Sequence record: SRR22947725_566
Direction: 5' to 3' (one strand)
Length of the DNA: 39,544 nt
A program made the position numbers and the translations under genes. Under the pieces are notes generated by a model. The model was given only the letters and a program-made list of their open reading frames with translations, searched no databases and was not told where the DNA came from. This document shows, piece by piece, positions 1 through 8,984 of the stretch (position 1 is the stretch's first letter; the number at the start of each line of letters is the position of its first letter).

Positions 1-126
1 CAGAAGATAACCTAAAGAAAATAGATTGAGAACGGGAATGAAGCATAATGCACCCCCCCATAAAGCCTTGGACACCCAACCCGGGTGACCAAAAAGCCTT
101 CCACACACCGCTTCCAAACTTGGCAT
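1..126 (-). CDS. 5' part of a membrane protein, DUF4013-like (runs off the window edge)
   Basis: Not in the ORF track. Manual translation from ATG at 126 gives MPSLEAVCGRLFGHPGWVSKALWGGALCFIPVLNLFSLGYLL, open to the edge. The W-x-x-K-x-L-x-GG...IP-x-x-N...GY pattern resembles DUF4013 N-termini. Divergent from ispA. Confidence 0.6.
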   Translation of the reverse strand, partial: MPSLEAVCGRLFGHPGWVSKALWGGALCFIPVLNLFSLGYLL

Positions 127-166
127 AACTCAAATATAATGACATAGTGATTTCAATTCGCAAGAC

Positions 167-1051
167 ATGAATTTTCAACAAAAGTTAAAAAATTGGCAGG
201 ACTTGCTCAACCTAAGGCTTGAGCAAGCACTTCCTGCAAGCTCAGTTCAACCAGAAGTACTTCATCAGGCTATGCGTCACAGCATGAATGCTGGAGGCAA
301 ACGCTTGCGACCTATTTTAGTATTAGCAGCTCACGAAATATTCCCTAATCCAGTGGATCCATTACCCGCTGCCATTGCCATTGAATGCATTCATACATAC
401 AGCCTGATTCATGATGACTTACCCGCGATGGACAACTCTGATCTTAGGCGCGGGGAGCCCAGTTGTCACAAAGCTTTTGATGAGGCTACTGCAATACTTG
501 CCGGAGATGCGCTTCAACCACTCGCTTTTGAAATCCTGGCCAATGCATATGCAGGAGATCCTCAGCTTGGACTCGATTTAGTTTGTATGCTCAGTCGGAC
601 TGCGGGTAGTCAAAAATTAGTTGGTGGTCAAATGCAGGACCTTCTTTCAGAGGGAAATGACCCAGATGAAGAGAGCCTTTCATATATACACTCGAATAAA
701 ACAGCGGCGATGATTGAAGCTTCCCTCCAGATGGGGTTCCGCGTCGGAAAGGAGGGGCGAAACTCGAAAAAACTTACCCAGATAGGCAGGGTTGGTCATT
801 CTCTTGGCCTTGCATTTCAGGCAGTGGATGATCTGCTCGATGTTACCCAAACTACAGCCCAGTTAGGTAAGGATGCGCATCATGATTGTGAAAACGGGAA
901 GATCACTTGGGTTTCCCTAAAGGGCGAAAACGAGGCACGGCTTCTCGCGGCGCAACACACAGAGAATGCTCTTCAAACGCTGAATGCGGTGGGCGGAGAT
1001 TGTCAGTTCTTACAGGATTTAATCCAATACATGCTCAATCGGGAATTTTGA
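167..1051 (+). CDS. ispA: Polyprenyl (farnesyl/geranylgeranyl) diphosphate synthase
   Basis: GGKRLRP, first Asp-rich motif HDDLPAMDNSDLRRG, GQMQD, KTA and second motif FQAVDDLLD. Confidence 0.93.
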   Translation: MNFQQKLKNWQDLLNLRLEQALPASSVQPEVLHQAMRHSMNAGGKRLRPILVLAAHEIFPNPVDPLPAAIAIECIHTYSLIHDDLPAMDNSDLRRGEPSCHKAFDEATAILAGDALQPLAFEILANAYAGDPQLGLDLVCMLSRTAGSQKLVGGQMQDLLSEGNDPDEESLSYIHSNKTAAMIEASLQMGFRVGKEGRNSKKLTQIGRVGHSLGLAFQAVDDLLDVTQTTAQLGKDAHHDCENGKITWVSLKGENEARLLAAQHTENALQTLNAVGGDCQFLQDLIQYMLNREF

Positions 1052-1055
1052 TTCA

Positions 1056-1721
1056 ATGATTGGAGGAAATCAGACCGGCGGTAATTCCCGTGACTGGCGC
1101 GAGCGGCTTAGTCAATCAAGGGATCTGGGTACTGGCTTTGCCGCACCCGGGGGCGAGTTTACCCGGGCACTTTATGAGTGGTCTTTTACCCCCAATGGTA
1201 AAATACTGCACTCCCTGCTGAAGGGGAGGCGAGTGGTCGAATTGGGTGCGGGAATGATGTCTTACGGGTATGCATTGGCAAGTGGAAGTGGTGCCAAGAA
1301 TTATGTGGCAGTCGAACCTTTTTACAGCGATATACAGGAAAAATCTATTTTATCCTATCTATCCGGGGAAGCGGGAATGGGGGAAAGGATTCCCTACAAG
1401 GTTGTCGGGCAGGATATGTTGAATTATTTAGAAAATGAACCCGACAATCTCTTGTGTGTAATTGCATGTGGAATAGAAGACTGCATCTTGCCAGGGCCAG
1501 ATTACCGAAAAAAAGTAGAAAATGAAATTGTCCGTACAATGGAGAAAGATTCTTTCTTCCTTAGTTCACATAGCGACCTTTTTCCCCCGTTTTTACAAAA
1601 CTTGGAAATCACTTTTCCACGACCATCCGATCCCAGTGTCTTTGACCGTATTCGACTTCATGGAGGTAAAGATGCCTTTGATCGATTTGGGGAAGCGGTT
1701 TCTTTGCTTCACTCAATTTAA
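1056..1721 (+). CDS. Hypothetical protein, probable class I SAM-dependent methyltransferase fold
   Basis: Motif I-like VVELGAG, acidic residue after the second strand (YVAVEP), GQDML. Starts 4 bp after the ispA stop. Confidence 0.55.
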   Translation: MIGGNQTGGNSRDWRERLSQSRDLGTGFAAPGGEFTRALYEWSFTPNGKILHSLLKGRRVVELGAGMMSYGYALASGSGAKNYVAVEPFYSDIQEKSILSYLSGEAGMGERIPYKVVGQDMLNYLENEPDNLLCVIACGIEDCILPGPDYRKKVENEIVRTMEKDSFFLSSHSDLFPPFLQNLEITFPRPSDPSVFDRIRLHGGKDAFDRFGEAVSLLHSI

Positions 1722-1943
1722 GAATTTTACTTAACTGCGAAACGGAAGCACTTTCCTTTCAATAATCGTGTTTTCGGGAAACACCTAAAAGAGGTATTTT
1801 TAGGCTGTGACTTCTTATTCAATCAAGAGAAGCAATGAAGGAATCGTATGAATTTCAACTCAAAAATTTATTATATAAATTAAATAAATTAATATAATAA
1901 ACGCATCCTTGTAATGGATTGAATTGAATGATAATAACAAAAA

Positions 1944-3899
1944 ATGGATAAATATTGGATCAATAGTAAGGGAGAAAATCTTGGTCCTTTTACACGCGAA
2001 GAAATAAGTGAAAAAGTGGAAACAGGGGAATTTGTTTTATCCGATCCGATCTGCCTCGTGGGCAATGAAGAATGGTTGGATTTAGGTGAATTTTTAAAAT
2101 CTGATTCAATAATAGATCAAAAAGAAGTTGAATGGAAGGATGAGCAAAAAGTAATTGTAGCCCGAAAATCTGGACTTTCATTAAATGTAATTTTAACCAC
2201 TGTCTTATTTTTTCTTTTGCTAGTTTGTGTGGGGCTTTATTTGTTTGCTCAATTTAGGGGGAATAGTGTTAGGACGAGAAATGAAAAGGTTGATGTTTCA
2301 TTTATTGGAGATGAGGAAATAAAGGACATTGCCTCAAGGGCTTGGACGAAAAGCTCATTTATAATTGCAGACGGCTTAATGGTAAAGAGGGATGCCGATT
2401 TGCCTTACACCGGTTGGATCAAAGCAACCTATTCCAATTCCGAATCCTTGAGTACACTCGTACAGTACGAAAAAGGGAAGGTTCTTTTAGGCCTTTCATG
2501 GACGCCAGATGGAGTGAGGTGTTCTCATTCATCGCTGGAAAATGGGAAAGGGATTTTGACCACCTATTATGACACGGGAGAGAGGCAATTGGAGGAATCA
2601 TATCGTTCCGGCTTTTTGAATGGATTGTCGATTCGGTTTTATAAAAACAATCAGAAGGAAGAAGAAAAATCTTTCGTGAACGGGCAGCTACATGGACAGA
2701 GAGTATCGTGGCATAAAAACGGACAAAAAATAGAACAGGTCTTTTATCTGGAGGGAATAAAAAATGGGCCTTATTCTCTATGGAGTAAGGACGGACAGAA
2801 ATATGATGAGGGGGTTTATAAGAACGGAGAGCTCGACGGTAAGCGAATTCAATGGTCGAGGAATGGATTGGAACGATTTGAGGAAACTTATAAGAATGGG
2901 GAGAAAATCCCCGACATTCAGGTTGATCCTCTCCCGATGGTAAATGACCTTTTACTCGACGAGGAAGTTGATCCGGTTTTGGCGAAATTATTGGAGTTGG
3001 CGGGCGAGGAAGAAGATTGGATAAGAAGGGCGAATGACAGTACAGGGGTAGTCAATTTTATAACAGCTAGGTTTGAAAAAAATCAGATTTCAGGTCATGA
3101 AATTTTTGCCGACCTAGCGATTGCTTTATTTGATTATGCCAAGCGGGGAATCAATCAGAAAGAAGCTCTTGTTGATACATTAAGTTGGATTAATAATCAG
3201 TGGGGGGTCGCCATTATTTTCGAAGGAGATGGTTTTTTCGTCAGTGAAATTCCACAATCTGTTCGTTTTGGACCAATAACTTGGGAGCGAAGTATTTATG
3301 AAAATGATTTCATGGGCTCGCTACAGGGCGAGAGTCGGGAGTTTGTGATCGGGGACTTGGAAAACCTGTTTCAATCAGTCGGATTGACACTGGGGAGCGA
3401 AAAAGAATCGATTAAAAGGAAAGTCGAAAGGCTGATTTGGGAAGATTTAGCCTTGCGCGCAGAGGAGACAGAGAATGCAAAGCTAGTGTTTGAAAATAAT
3501 CAATTGTCTTACAACGGAACCATAGAACAGACTTCGAAGAAAATTGATCCACAAGGAAATTCGATTTTTGATACTGTGGAAAAAGAAGTGCTCTTTATTT
3601 TTACTCAGCAACATGCCCGCGATAAGAAACTGGGTCCTTTTATCAAAGTCTTACAAGATGCAGGAGTCCGATTCGAGGAGATGAGAAATGGAAACTTGAT
3701 GATTCGTAAATATTCGAACCTGTGCATTTATTCAGATCAAGTTTCGCAAGATGGTGCAGCTTATATTTATCCCGAAGTTACGATTCAATTCGCGGGAGTC
3801 GCCCCCCTTGGCCCCAATACTTTAATTCGTTATATTAAAGTAGAACTCGGGGAAATAATCGAAGAGCCTCTTGACTTAAGTAATGAAGAAATCGAGTAG
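1944..3899 (+). CDS. Membrane-anchored protein: GYF_2/DUF4339-like N-terminus, one TM helix, MORN-variant (YwqK-like) repeats, unknown C-terminal domain
   Basis: N-terminal YWINSKGENLGPFTREEI...W. Hydrophobic VILTTVLFFLLLVCVGLYLFA. Repeats such as YRSGFLNG, FVNGQLHG...WHKNGQK, YLEGIKNG, YKNGELDG. Confidence 0.75.
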   Translation: MDKYWINSKGENLGPFTREEISEKVETGEFVLSDPICLVGNEEWLDLGEFLKSDSIIDQKEVEWKDEQKVIVARKSGLSLNVILTTVLFFLLLVCVGLYLFAQFRGNSVRTRNEKVDVSFIGDEEIKDIASRAWTKSSFIIADGLMVKRDADLPYTGWIKATYSNSESLSTLVQYEKGKVLLGLSWTPDGVRCSHSSLENGKGILTTYYDTGERQLEESYRSGFLNGLSIRFYKNNQKEEEKSFVNGQLHGQRVSWHKNGQKIEQVFYLEGIKNGPYSLWSKDGQKYDEGVYKNGELDGKRIQWSRNGLERFEETYKNGEKIPDIQVDPLPMVNDLLLDEEVDPVLAKLLELAGEEEDWIRRANDSTGVVNFITARFEKNQISGHEIFADLAIALFDYAKRGINQKEALVDTLSWINNQWGVAIIFEGDGFFVSEIPQSVRFGPITWERSIYENDFMGSLQGESREFVIGDLENLFQSVGLTLGSEKESIKRKVERLIWEDLALRAEETENAKLVFENNQLSYNGTIEQTSKKIDPQGNSIFDTVEKEVLFIFTQQHARDKKLGPFIKVLQDAGVRFEEMRNGNLMIRKYSNLCIYSDQVSQDGAAYIYPEVTIQFAGVAPLGPNTLIRYIKVELGEIIEEPLDLSNEEIE

Positions 3900-3917
3900 G
3901 TTCGATTGAAACCTTGA

Positions 3918-4691
3918 TTACAGGTGGCTTTTTTGCATTTCCACCAATTCCCCAATCCCTTTTTCTGACAGTGCAAGGAGTTCATCGAGTTGGGTGCGTG
4001 AATAAGTGGCTTCCTCCCCGGATGATTGTATCTCCACAAATTTCCCAGACCCAGTCATGACCACATTGGCATCGACCGAGGCGTCGCGGTCTTCTGGGTA
4101 GTCAAGATCAAGAACACAGCGATCATTATAGACACCCGCACTGATTGCGCCAAGGTGGTCAAGGATCGGATCTTCCTTCAGTTTTCCTTTTTCTAATAAA
4201 CCATTAATCGCAATGCGAGTGGCAAGCCAGGCTCCAGTAATAGATGCTGTCCGGGTACCGCCATCGGCACGAAGTACATCGCAGTCGATCCACAGCGTTT
4301 TATCAGGGAATTTCTTTAAGTCTAATACCGCCCGTAATGAACGTCCAATCAGGCGTTGAATTTCGATATTTCTACCATCCTGTTTTCCCTTACTGATAGG
4401 GCGATCTTTACGTGTAAGTGTGGAGTAGGGGAGCATGCTGTATTCGGCTGTGAGCCAGCCTCCTCCCACTTTTTGTTGCCGCATCCAACCTGGAATTCGA
4501 TCTTCGACCATGGCCGCACAGATTACCTGAGTGTCCCCAAATGAACATAGTACTGACCCGTTTGCATGGGGGGCTATATTAGTTTGAAATGTAACTTGCC
4601 GCATCTCATCGATTGCACGCCCCGATGGGCGGACAAAGACTTGATTGAGCTGTTCGGCAAGCGGAGATTGTTCGGAGTTTTCAGGTTTCAT
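3918..4691 (-). CDS. rph: Ribonuclease PH
   Basis: RPSGRAIDEMR, GWLTAEYSMLP, EIQRLIGRSLRA, DCDVLRADGGTRTASITG, DLDYPED. Start placed at ATG 4691 (MKPENSE), overlapping the upstream stop by 11 bp. Confidence 0.95.
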   Translation of the reverse strand: MKPENSEQSPLAEQLNQVFVRPSGRAIDEMRQVTFQTNIAPHANGSVLCSFGDTQVICAAMVEDRIPGWMRQQKVGGGWLTAEYSMLPYSTLTRKDRPISKGKQDGRNIEIQRLIGRSLRAVLDLKKFPDKTLWIDCDVLRADGGTRTASITGAWLATRIAINGLLEKGKLKEDPILDHLGAISAGVYNDRCVLDLDYPEDRDASVDANVVMTGSGKFVEIQSSGEEATYSRTQLDELLALSEKGIGELVEMQKSHL

Positions 4692-6033
4692 AAAATTGAA
4701 GTGGTTCTGGGTTGATGATTTTCGCCCCGATTGGTTCAAGGGCATTGGTAAACCATTCCCGCGCCTCAGGGTCGCCATGGTGTAAGAAAATATTCTTGGG
4801 AGCTAGTTTTTCCGCGTATGCGACTAATTGATCTCGGTCTGCATGCCCACTTAGATCAAATTGTCTAATTTTAGCCCGAATTGGCTCGATATGATTGTAT
4901 GCATTAAATTCAAATGGTGTTCCTGGTTCTGATTGGAGAAGTTGCCCTCCCGGCGTACTGGGATCGCAGTACCCGACAAAGAGTATGGAGTTGCGGTCAT
5001 CGCCAAGCATGGAAGATGCCATTACATAAGACGGGGTATGCTCGACCAGCATTCCACTGCTCACCAGGTAAATTCCTTGCATGGGAGGTTCGCGACCGGG
5101 CTCAAGCTTTCGGGGGAGAGGACGGGCACCTAAGCTCCTCAGTACTTTTCGGTTAAAACGAACCCGGTTGGTGTTTTTAGAAATTTCGTGAAAGTGATTC
5201 ACTAGGTCCATTCCTAAGCCCGAGCAAAAGACAGGTACTTTGGGAAGGGCATTTCGCTTGAATGCATCGTCCAGAACGGAAAGCATTTCCTGCATTCTAC
5301 CCAAGGCAAAAACGGGTATGAGGACAGAGCCACCACGGGATAATGTTTTGCTGGATTCTTCGAGGAGGTTTAACATTTCCGATTCCCGCTGGCGTGATGG
5401 TTCTCGAACAGAAAGGCCACGAGTGGTCTCGGTTACCAGCGTATCCACTTTTTCAAGGAGGGGTTCGGCACCATCCAATGTACGGCTTCCGTCAAAAAGA
5501 ATATCTCCGGTGAAAAGAATTCTCTCTTTGGGTGTTTTAATTTCTACGGACACTGCGCCTGCCACATGACCTGCATGATGAAGCACTACATCGATTGCCC
5601 GTCCATCCTTTTCCAACCTAAATGGACGTTTGATTGAGAGAATTTTGACGCGATCATAAAGAGAGGTCAGGTCGTCTCTTCCATAAAGCGGAAGTTCAGT
5701 TAAATTGAGTTCATTCCGTTGTCTTTTCATCACGGAAATTGAATTGGATAGCATTCTTCGAGCGAGCACAGAGCTCGGATAACTCATTAGGACCGGAGCA
5801 TCCTGATGTTCGCGAGATAGCAGTGGTAGACTTCCCAGGTGGTCTAGGTGGCAATGGGTCAGGATGATAAAGTCGAGAGTGTCCCGATCTAGGACCGCGT
5901 GCCTGGGAATGGAATCTTTGCCCGCATACTTGGGATGCAATCCAGAGTCGATTGCAAAGCGAAAGCCTCCCACTTCACAAACTGTGCAATTAGCACCAAT
6001 TCCGCCATGCGGGTTCAAGTCAATGAGTTTCAT
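4681..6033 (-). CDS. Metallo-beta-lactamase/beta-CASP family ribonuclease (CPSF73/YSH1/TTHA0252-like)
   Basis: THCHLDHLG metal motif, AGHVAGA, FTGD, IPVFALGRMQE, SSGM, VGYC, LSGHAD, HGD. Confidence 0.88.
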   Translation of the reverse strand: MKLIDLNPHGGIGANCTVCEVGGFRFAIDSGLHPKYAGKDSIPRHAVLDRDTLDFIILTHCHLDHLGSLPLLSREHQDAPVLMSYPSSVLARRMLSNSISVMKRQRNELNLTELPLYGRDDLTSLYDRVKILSIKRPFRLEKDGRAIDVVLHHAGHVAGAVSVEIKTPKERILFTGDILFDGSRTLDGAEPLLEKVDTLVTETTRGLSVREPSRQRESEMLNLLEESSKTLSRGGSVLIPVFALGRMQEMLSVLDDAFKRNALPKVPVFCSGLGMDLVNHFHEISKNTNRVRFNRKVLRSLGARPLPRKLEPGREPPMQGIYLVSSGMLVEHTPSYVMASSMLGDDRNSILFVGYCDPSTPGGQLLQSEPGTPFEFNAYNHIEPIRAKIRQFDLSGHADRDQLVAYAEKLAPKNIFLHHGDPEAREWFTNALEPIGAKIINPEPLQFYET

Positions 6034-6440
6034 GAATGAGAGGGGTCAAATTCGGGCTCGTCGGGTATATCAAGTCGGAATGGATTAATTTTGACATGAA
6101 CTTTCTTGTTTAATTCGTCCAACCCGTGGAACGAGCCAGATGCTTCCGCGGACAAGTGGGTGACATGATAACTGTTGTAGGAAAATGATTCACCGGGACC
6201 AATTGTCGGAGTTTCTCCCACAATTTTATCTCCTTCCACCACCGTGGTGGTTCCGTCGCTGTTGGCAATAATCCATTTTCGACCCAGAAGAGTAACTTTC
6301 CGATCACTCAGATTTCGGATAGTAATAAAGTAAATGAAGGCATGTAAGTTGATCCCCTTAACAGTTGATTTTTCTTTATGATGGACCAATTTGTCTAGGG
6401 ACGCGTGTAGTCCTTCTAATTCTGTACTTTCTTCATTCAC
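6030..6440 (-). CDS. apaG: ApaG domain protein
   Basis: FIYFITIRN, LLGRKWII, VEGDKIVGETPTIGPGESFSYNS. GTG start. Stop overlaps the next ATG (ATGA). Confidence 0.88.
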   Translation of the reverse strand: MNEESTELEGLHASLDKLVHHKEKSTVKGINLHAFIYFITIRNLSDRKVTLLGRKWIIANSDGTTTVVEGDKIVGETPTIGPGESFSYNSYHVTHLSAEASGSFHGLDELNKKVHVKINPFRLDIPDEPEFDPSHS

Positions 6441-6571
6441 AATATTGTTCTAGTTAATCATACCATAACAGGCTTGGCAGAAAGACCAATTCTTTTTGAA
6501 CTAATTCACAAGAATGTAAAAAAAATGTGAAAAACGCTTGCACCTCAGCTCAGAGAAAACAGAAAGGAAGA

Positions 6572-8122
6572 ATGCAAAAATTCGCACTTCTATCGGTTAG
6601 TGATAAATCAGGCTTGGTTCCCTTTGCCCGAAATTTAGTTGATCAACATTCTTTCACGCTTCTTTCCACTGGAGGGACTGCTCGATTATTGAGAGAGGAG
6701 GGCATCCCTGTAAGCGATGTCAGTGACAGGACGGGATTTCCGGAGATGATGGACGGCCGAGTGAAAACATTACATCCAAAAGTTCATGGTGGACTGCTTT
6801 GCCTGCGTGACAACCCGGAACATTTAAAAGCGGCGGAAGATCATGACATTGCCCTGATCGATTTGGTGGTGGTGAATTTATATCCTTTTGAGGAAACCGT
6901 AGCCCGTGCGAATGTTTCCTTTGAGGAAGCAATCGAGCAGATTGATATTGGGGGTCCATCCATGTTAAGGAGTGCGGCCAAAAACCATCGCGATGTAGCT
7001 GTGGTTTGCGATCCAAGTGATTATGATCGGGTCCTGAATGCGATGAAACTGGATGATGATTGGAGTGGATTACGCAGGGAGCTGGCATTAAAAGTTTTTC
7101 AAAGAACATCTTCCTACGACAAAGCGATTAGTGAATACTTTTCAAAGCAAGTGGAAGACGAACCAGACATGGAATCTATTTCTGGTTTTCCGTCCACACT
7201 TGATTTTCAGTCCAGTAAATCAATGACTCTGCGATATGGAGAAAATCCTCATCAACAGGCTGCTTTGTATGGTGATTTCCTGAATTATTTCGATCAACTC
7301 CAAGGAAAAGAATTAAGTTATAACAATATTTTAGATATTTCTGCCTCGGCTTATTTAATTGGCGAGTTTGAAAGGCCAACAGTGGCAATCCTCAAGCATA
7401 CTAATCCATGCGGAGTAGCAAGTGCAGATGATTTGGAAACTGCCTGGGACCGTGCCTTTGCAACTGATCGACAAGCGCCTTTTGGAGGAATTATTGTAGT
7501 GAATAATACCATGGATATTGGTTTGGCTCGCAAGATCTCGGAGATTTTCTGCGAGGTTATTATTGCCCCCGGATTTACAGAGGAGGCTCTTGCACTTTTT
7601 CACAAGAAGAAAAATCTTCGATTATTGGTCTCCAAGTCCGGTTTTGGTGCAGAAACTTTGCAGGAAATCCGTACAGTACCAGGCGGTTTTCTTGCTCAAG
7701 ATCGGGATCAAAAAAGAATTAATCCCAAGGACTTTCAAGTCGTTACCGATCGGCAGCCAAGTGAACAGGAATGGCGATCGATGTTATTTGGCTGGCGAGT
7801 TGTGCGTCATGTAAAGAGCAATGCAATCGTGTATGCGGGCGATGAGCGAACATTAGGAGTAGGTGCCGGGCAAATGGCTCGTGTCGATAGTTCCCAAATC
7901 GCGGTTTGGAAAGCGGGTGAGGCGGAATTGTCCTTAGGTGGTTCCGTGGTTGCATCGGATGCATTCTTTCCTTTCCCGGATGGTCTTATTGCCGCGGCAG
8001 ACGCTGGTTCCACTGCTGCGATTCAACCGGGAGGGAGCGTGCGGGATGAGGATGTAATTGCGGCGGCCAATGATCGTGGTATGGCAATGGCATTTACAAA
8101 TGTCCGACATTTTCGACATTAA
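6572..8122 (+). CDS. purH: Bifunctional AICAR transformylase/IMP cyclohydrolase
   Basis: ALLSVSDK, GRVKTLHPKVHGG, IDIGGPSMLRSAAKN, LRYGENPHQ, KHTNPCG, SDAFFPFPDG, RHFRH. ATG 6572 is preceded by AAGGAAG. Confidence 0.97.
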   Translation: MQKFALLSVSDKSGLVPFARNLVDQHSFTLLSTGGTARLLREEGIPVSDVSDRTGFPEMMDGRVKTLHPKVHGGLLCLRDNPEHLKAAEDHDIALIDLVVVNLYPFEETVARANVSFEEAIEQIDIGGPSMLRSAAKNHRDVAVVCDPSDYDRVLNAMKLDDDWSGLRRELALKVFQRTSSYDKAISEYFSKQVEDEPDMESISGFPSTLDFQSSKSMTLRYGENPHQQAALYGDFLNYFDQLQGKELSYNNILDISASAYLIGEFERPTVAILKHTNPCGVASADDLETAWDRAFATDRQAPFGGIIVVNNTMDIGLARKISEIFCEVIIAPGFTEEALALFHKKKNLRLLVSKSGFGAETLQEIRTVPGGFLAQDRDQKRINPKDFQVVTDRQPSEQEWRSMLFGWRVVRHVKSNAIVYAGDERTLGVGAGQMARVDSSQIAVWKAGEAELSLGGSVVASDAFFPFPDGLIAAADAGSTAAIQPGGSVRDEDVIAAANDRGMAMAFTNVRHFRH

Positions 8123-8189
8123 TATTTTGAATGATTATTGCATTCATTGGTGATTTTTTAAGTTTTTAATATTATATAAACTGATCATT

Positions 8190-8984
8190 ATGAGTGTCCC
8201 CTATTTAAAAGCATCCGGTTTTCTGGTTACTATCGTTTTGGCGTCATTAGTCAGTAGTTGTGGAAGTGCCATGCTATCTGACGAGCACTTAGCCAAGCGT
8301 TCAAAAAGTCAGTTTTCGCAGATGAAAAAATCGGAAAGGCTTTCCACTAATCCTACTCACCAGGCCATGATTGAGCGGATAGGCAAGCGGATTGCAGGTG
8401 TCGCAAAGGTCGACCTTCCAGGAACAGAATGGGAATTTGTGGTTTTTAACAAAGCAGAACCAAATGCCTTTGCCATGCCTGGAGGGAAGGTGGGAGTGAA
8501 TAGTGGTCTTATTACCTTGGCCAATGGGAACGAGGATGAAGTGGCCGCGGTAATAGGTCATGAGATTGCCCATGTTGCATTTCGCCACAGTAACAAAAGA
8601 ATGACTCAAGCAATGGGCATTGCCTTGGGGGGAGTTATTTTAAATACGGCAATGCGCAAAAAAAGCACCACTGATCGAGTTCTTGCCACCGGAGCCTATG
8701 GAGTGGGGACAACTGTGGGGATGGCACTACCTTTCTCGCGGTCACAGGAACGAGAAGCGGACCACAAGGGATTGTTTTATGCCGCCCGGGCGGGCTACGA
8801 TCCTCGGGCTGCTATTTCTTTCTGGCAAAAAATGCAGGGCGGAAAAAAAAGAAAAATGCCCGAGTTTTTATCCACCCATCCCAATCCCGGAAATCGAATT
8901 GAATTTTTGCGGTCCAATATGGACCATGCACTTGCCCTTTATCGACAAGCCAAGTTGGCTCGCGGGGAAAAACCAAATCCATGA
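8190..8984 (+). CDS. M48 family zinc metallopeptidase, probable lipoprotein
   Basis: Lipobox-like LVSSC, NAFAMPGG, HEIAH zinc motif, FSRSQEREAD, FLSTHP. Confidence 0.9.
   Translation: MSVPYLKASGFLVTIVLASLVSSCGSAMLSDEHLAKRSKSQFSQMKKSERLSTNPTHQAMIERIGKRIAGVAKVDLPGTEWEFVVFNKAEPNAFAMPGGKVGVNSGLITLANGNEDEVAAVIGHEIAHVAFRHSNKRMTQAMGIALGGVILNTAMRKKSTTDRVLATGAYGVGTTVGMALPFSRSQEREADHKGLFYAARAGYDPRAAISFWQKMQGGKKRKMPEFLSTHPNPGNRIEFLRSNMDHALALYRQAKLARGEKPNP

Noticed and set aside
1086-1158. CCCGTGACTGGCG resembling the 5' end of a ZTP (pfl) riboswitch
   Set aside because: It lies inside a coding region, lacks the GGTGG/CCAC stem and the 3' CGCCTGGGC pseudoknot partner, and is far from purH.
2560-2900. 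YwqK-type antitoxin implying a toxin-antitoxin pair
   Set aside because: MORN-variant repeats are generic, and there is no adjacent toxin gene.
4692-4778. N-terminal extension of rph in the ORF track
   Set aside because: Overlaps the beta-CASP gene and has no RNase PH similarity. ATG 4691 is more plausible.
6441-6571. Possible purine or ZTP riboswitch upstream of purH
   Set aside because: Short AT-rich divergent promoter region with no recognisable aptamer consensus.
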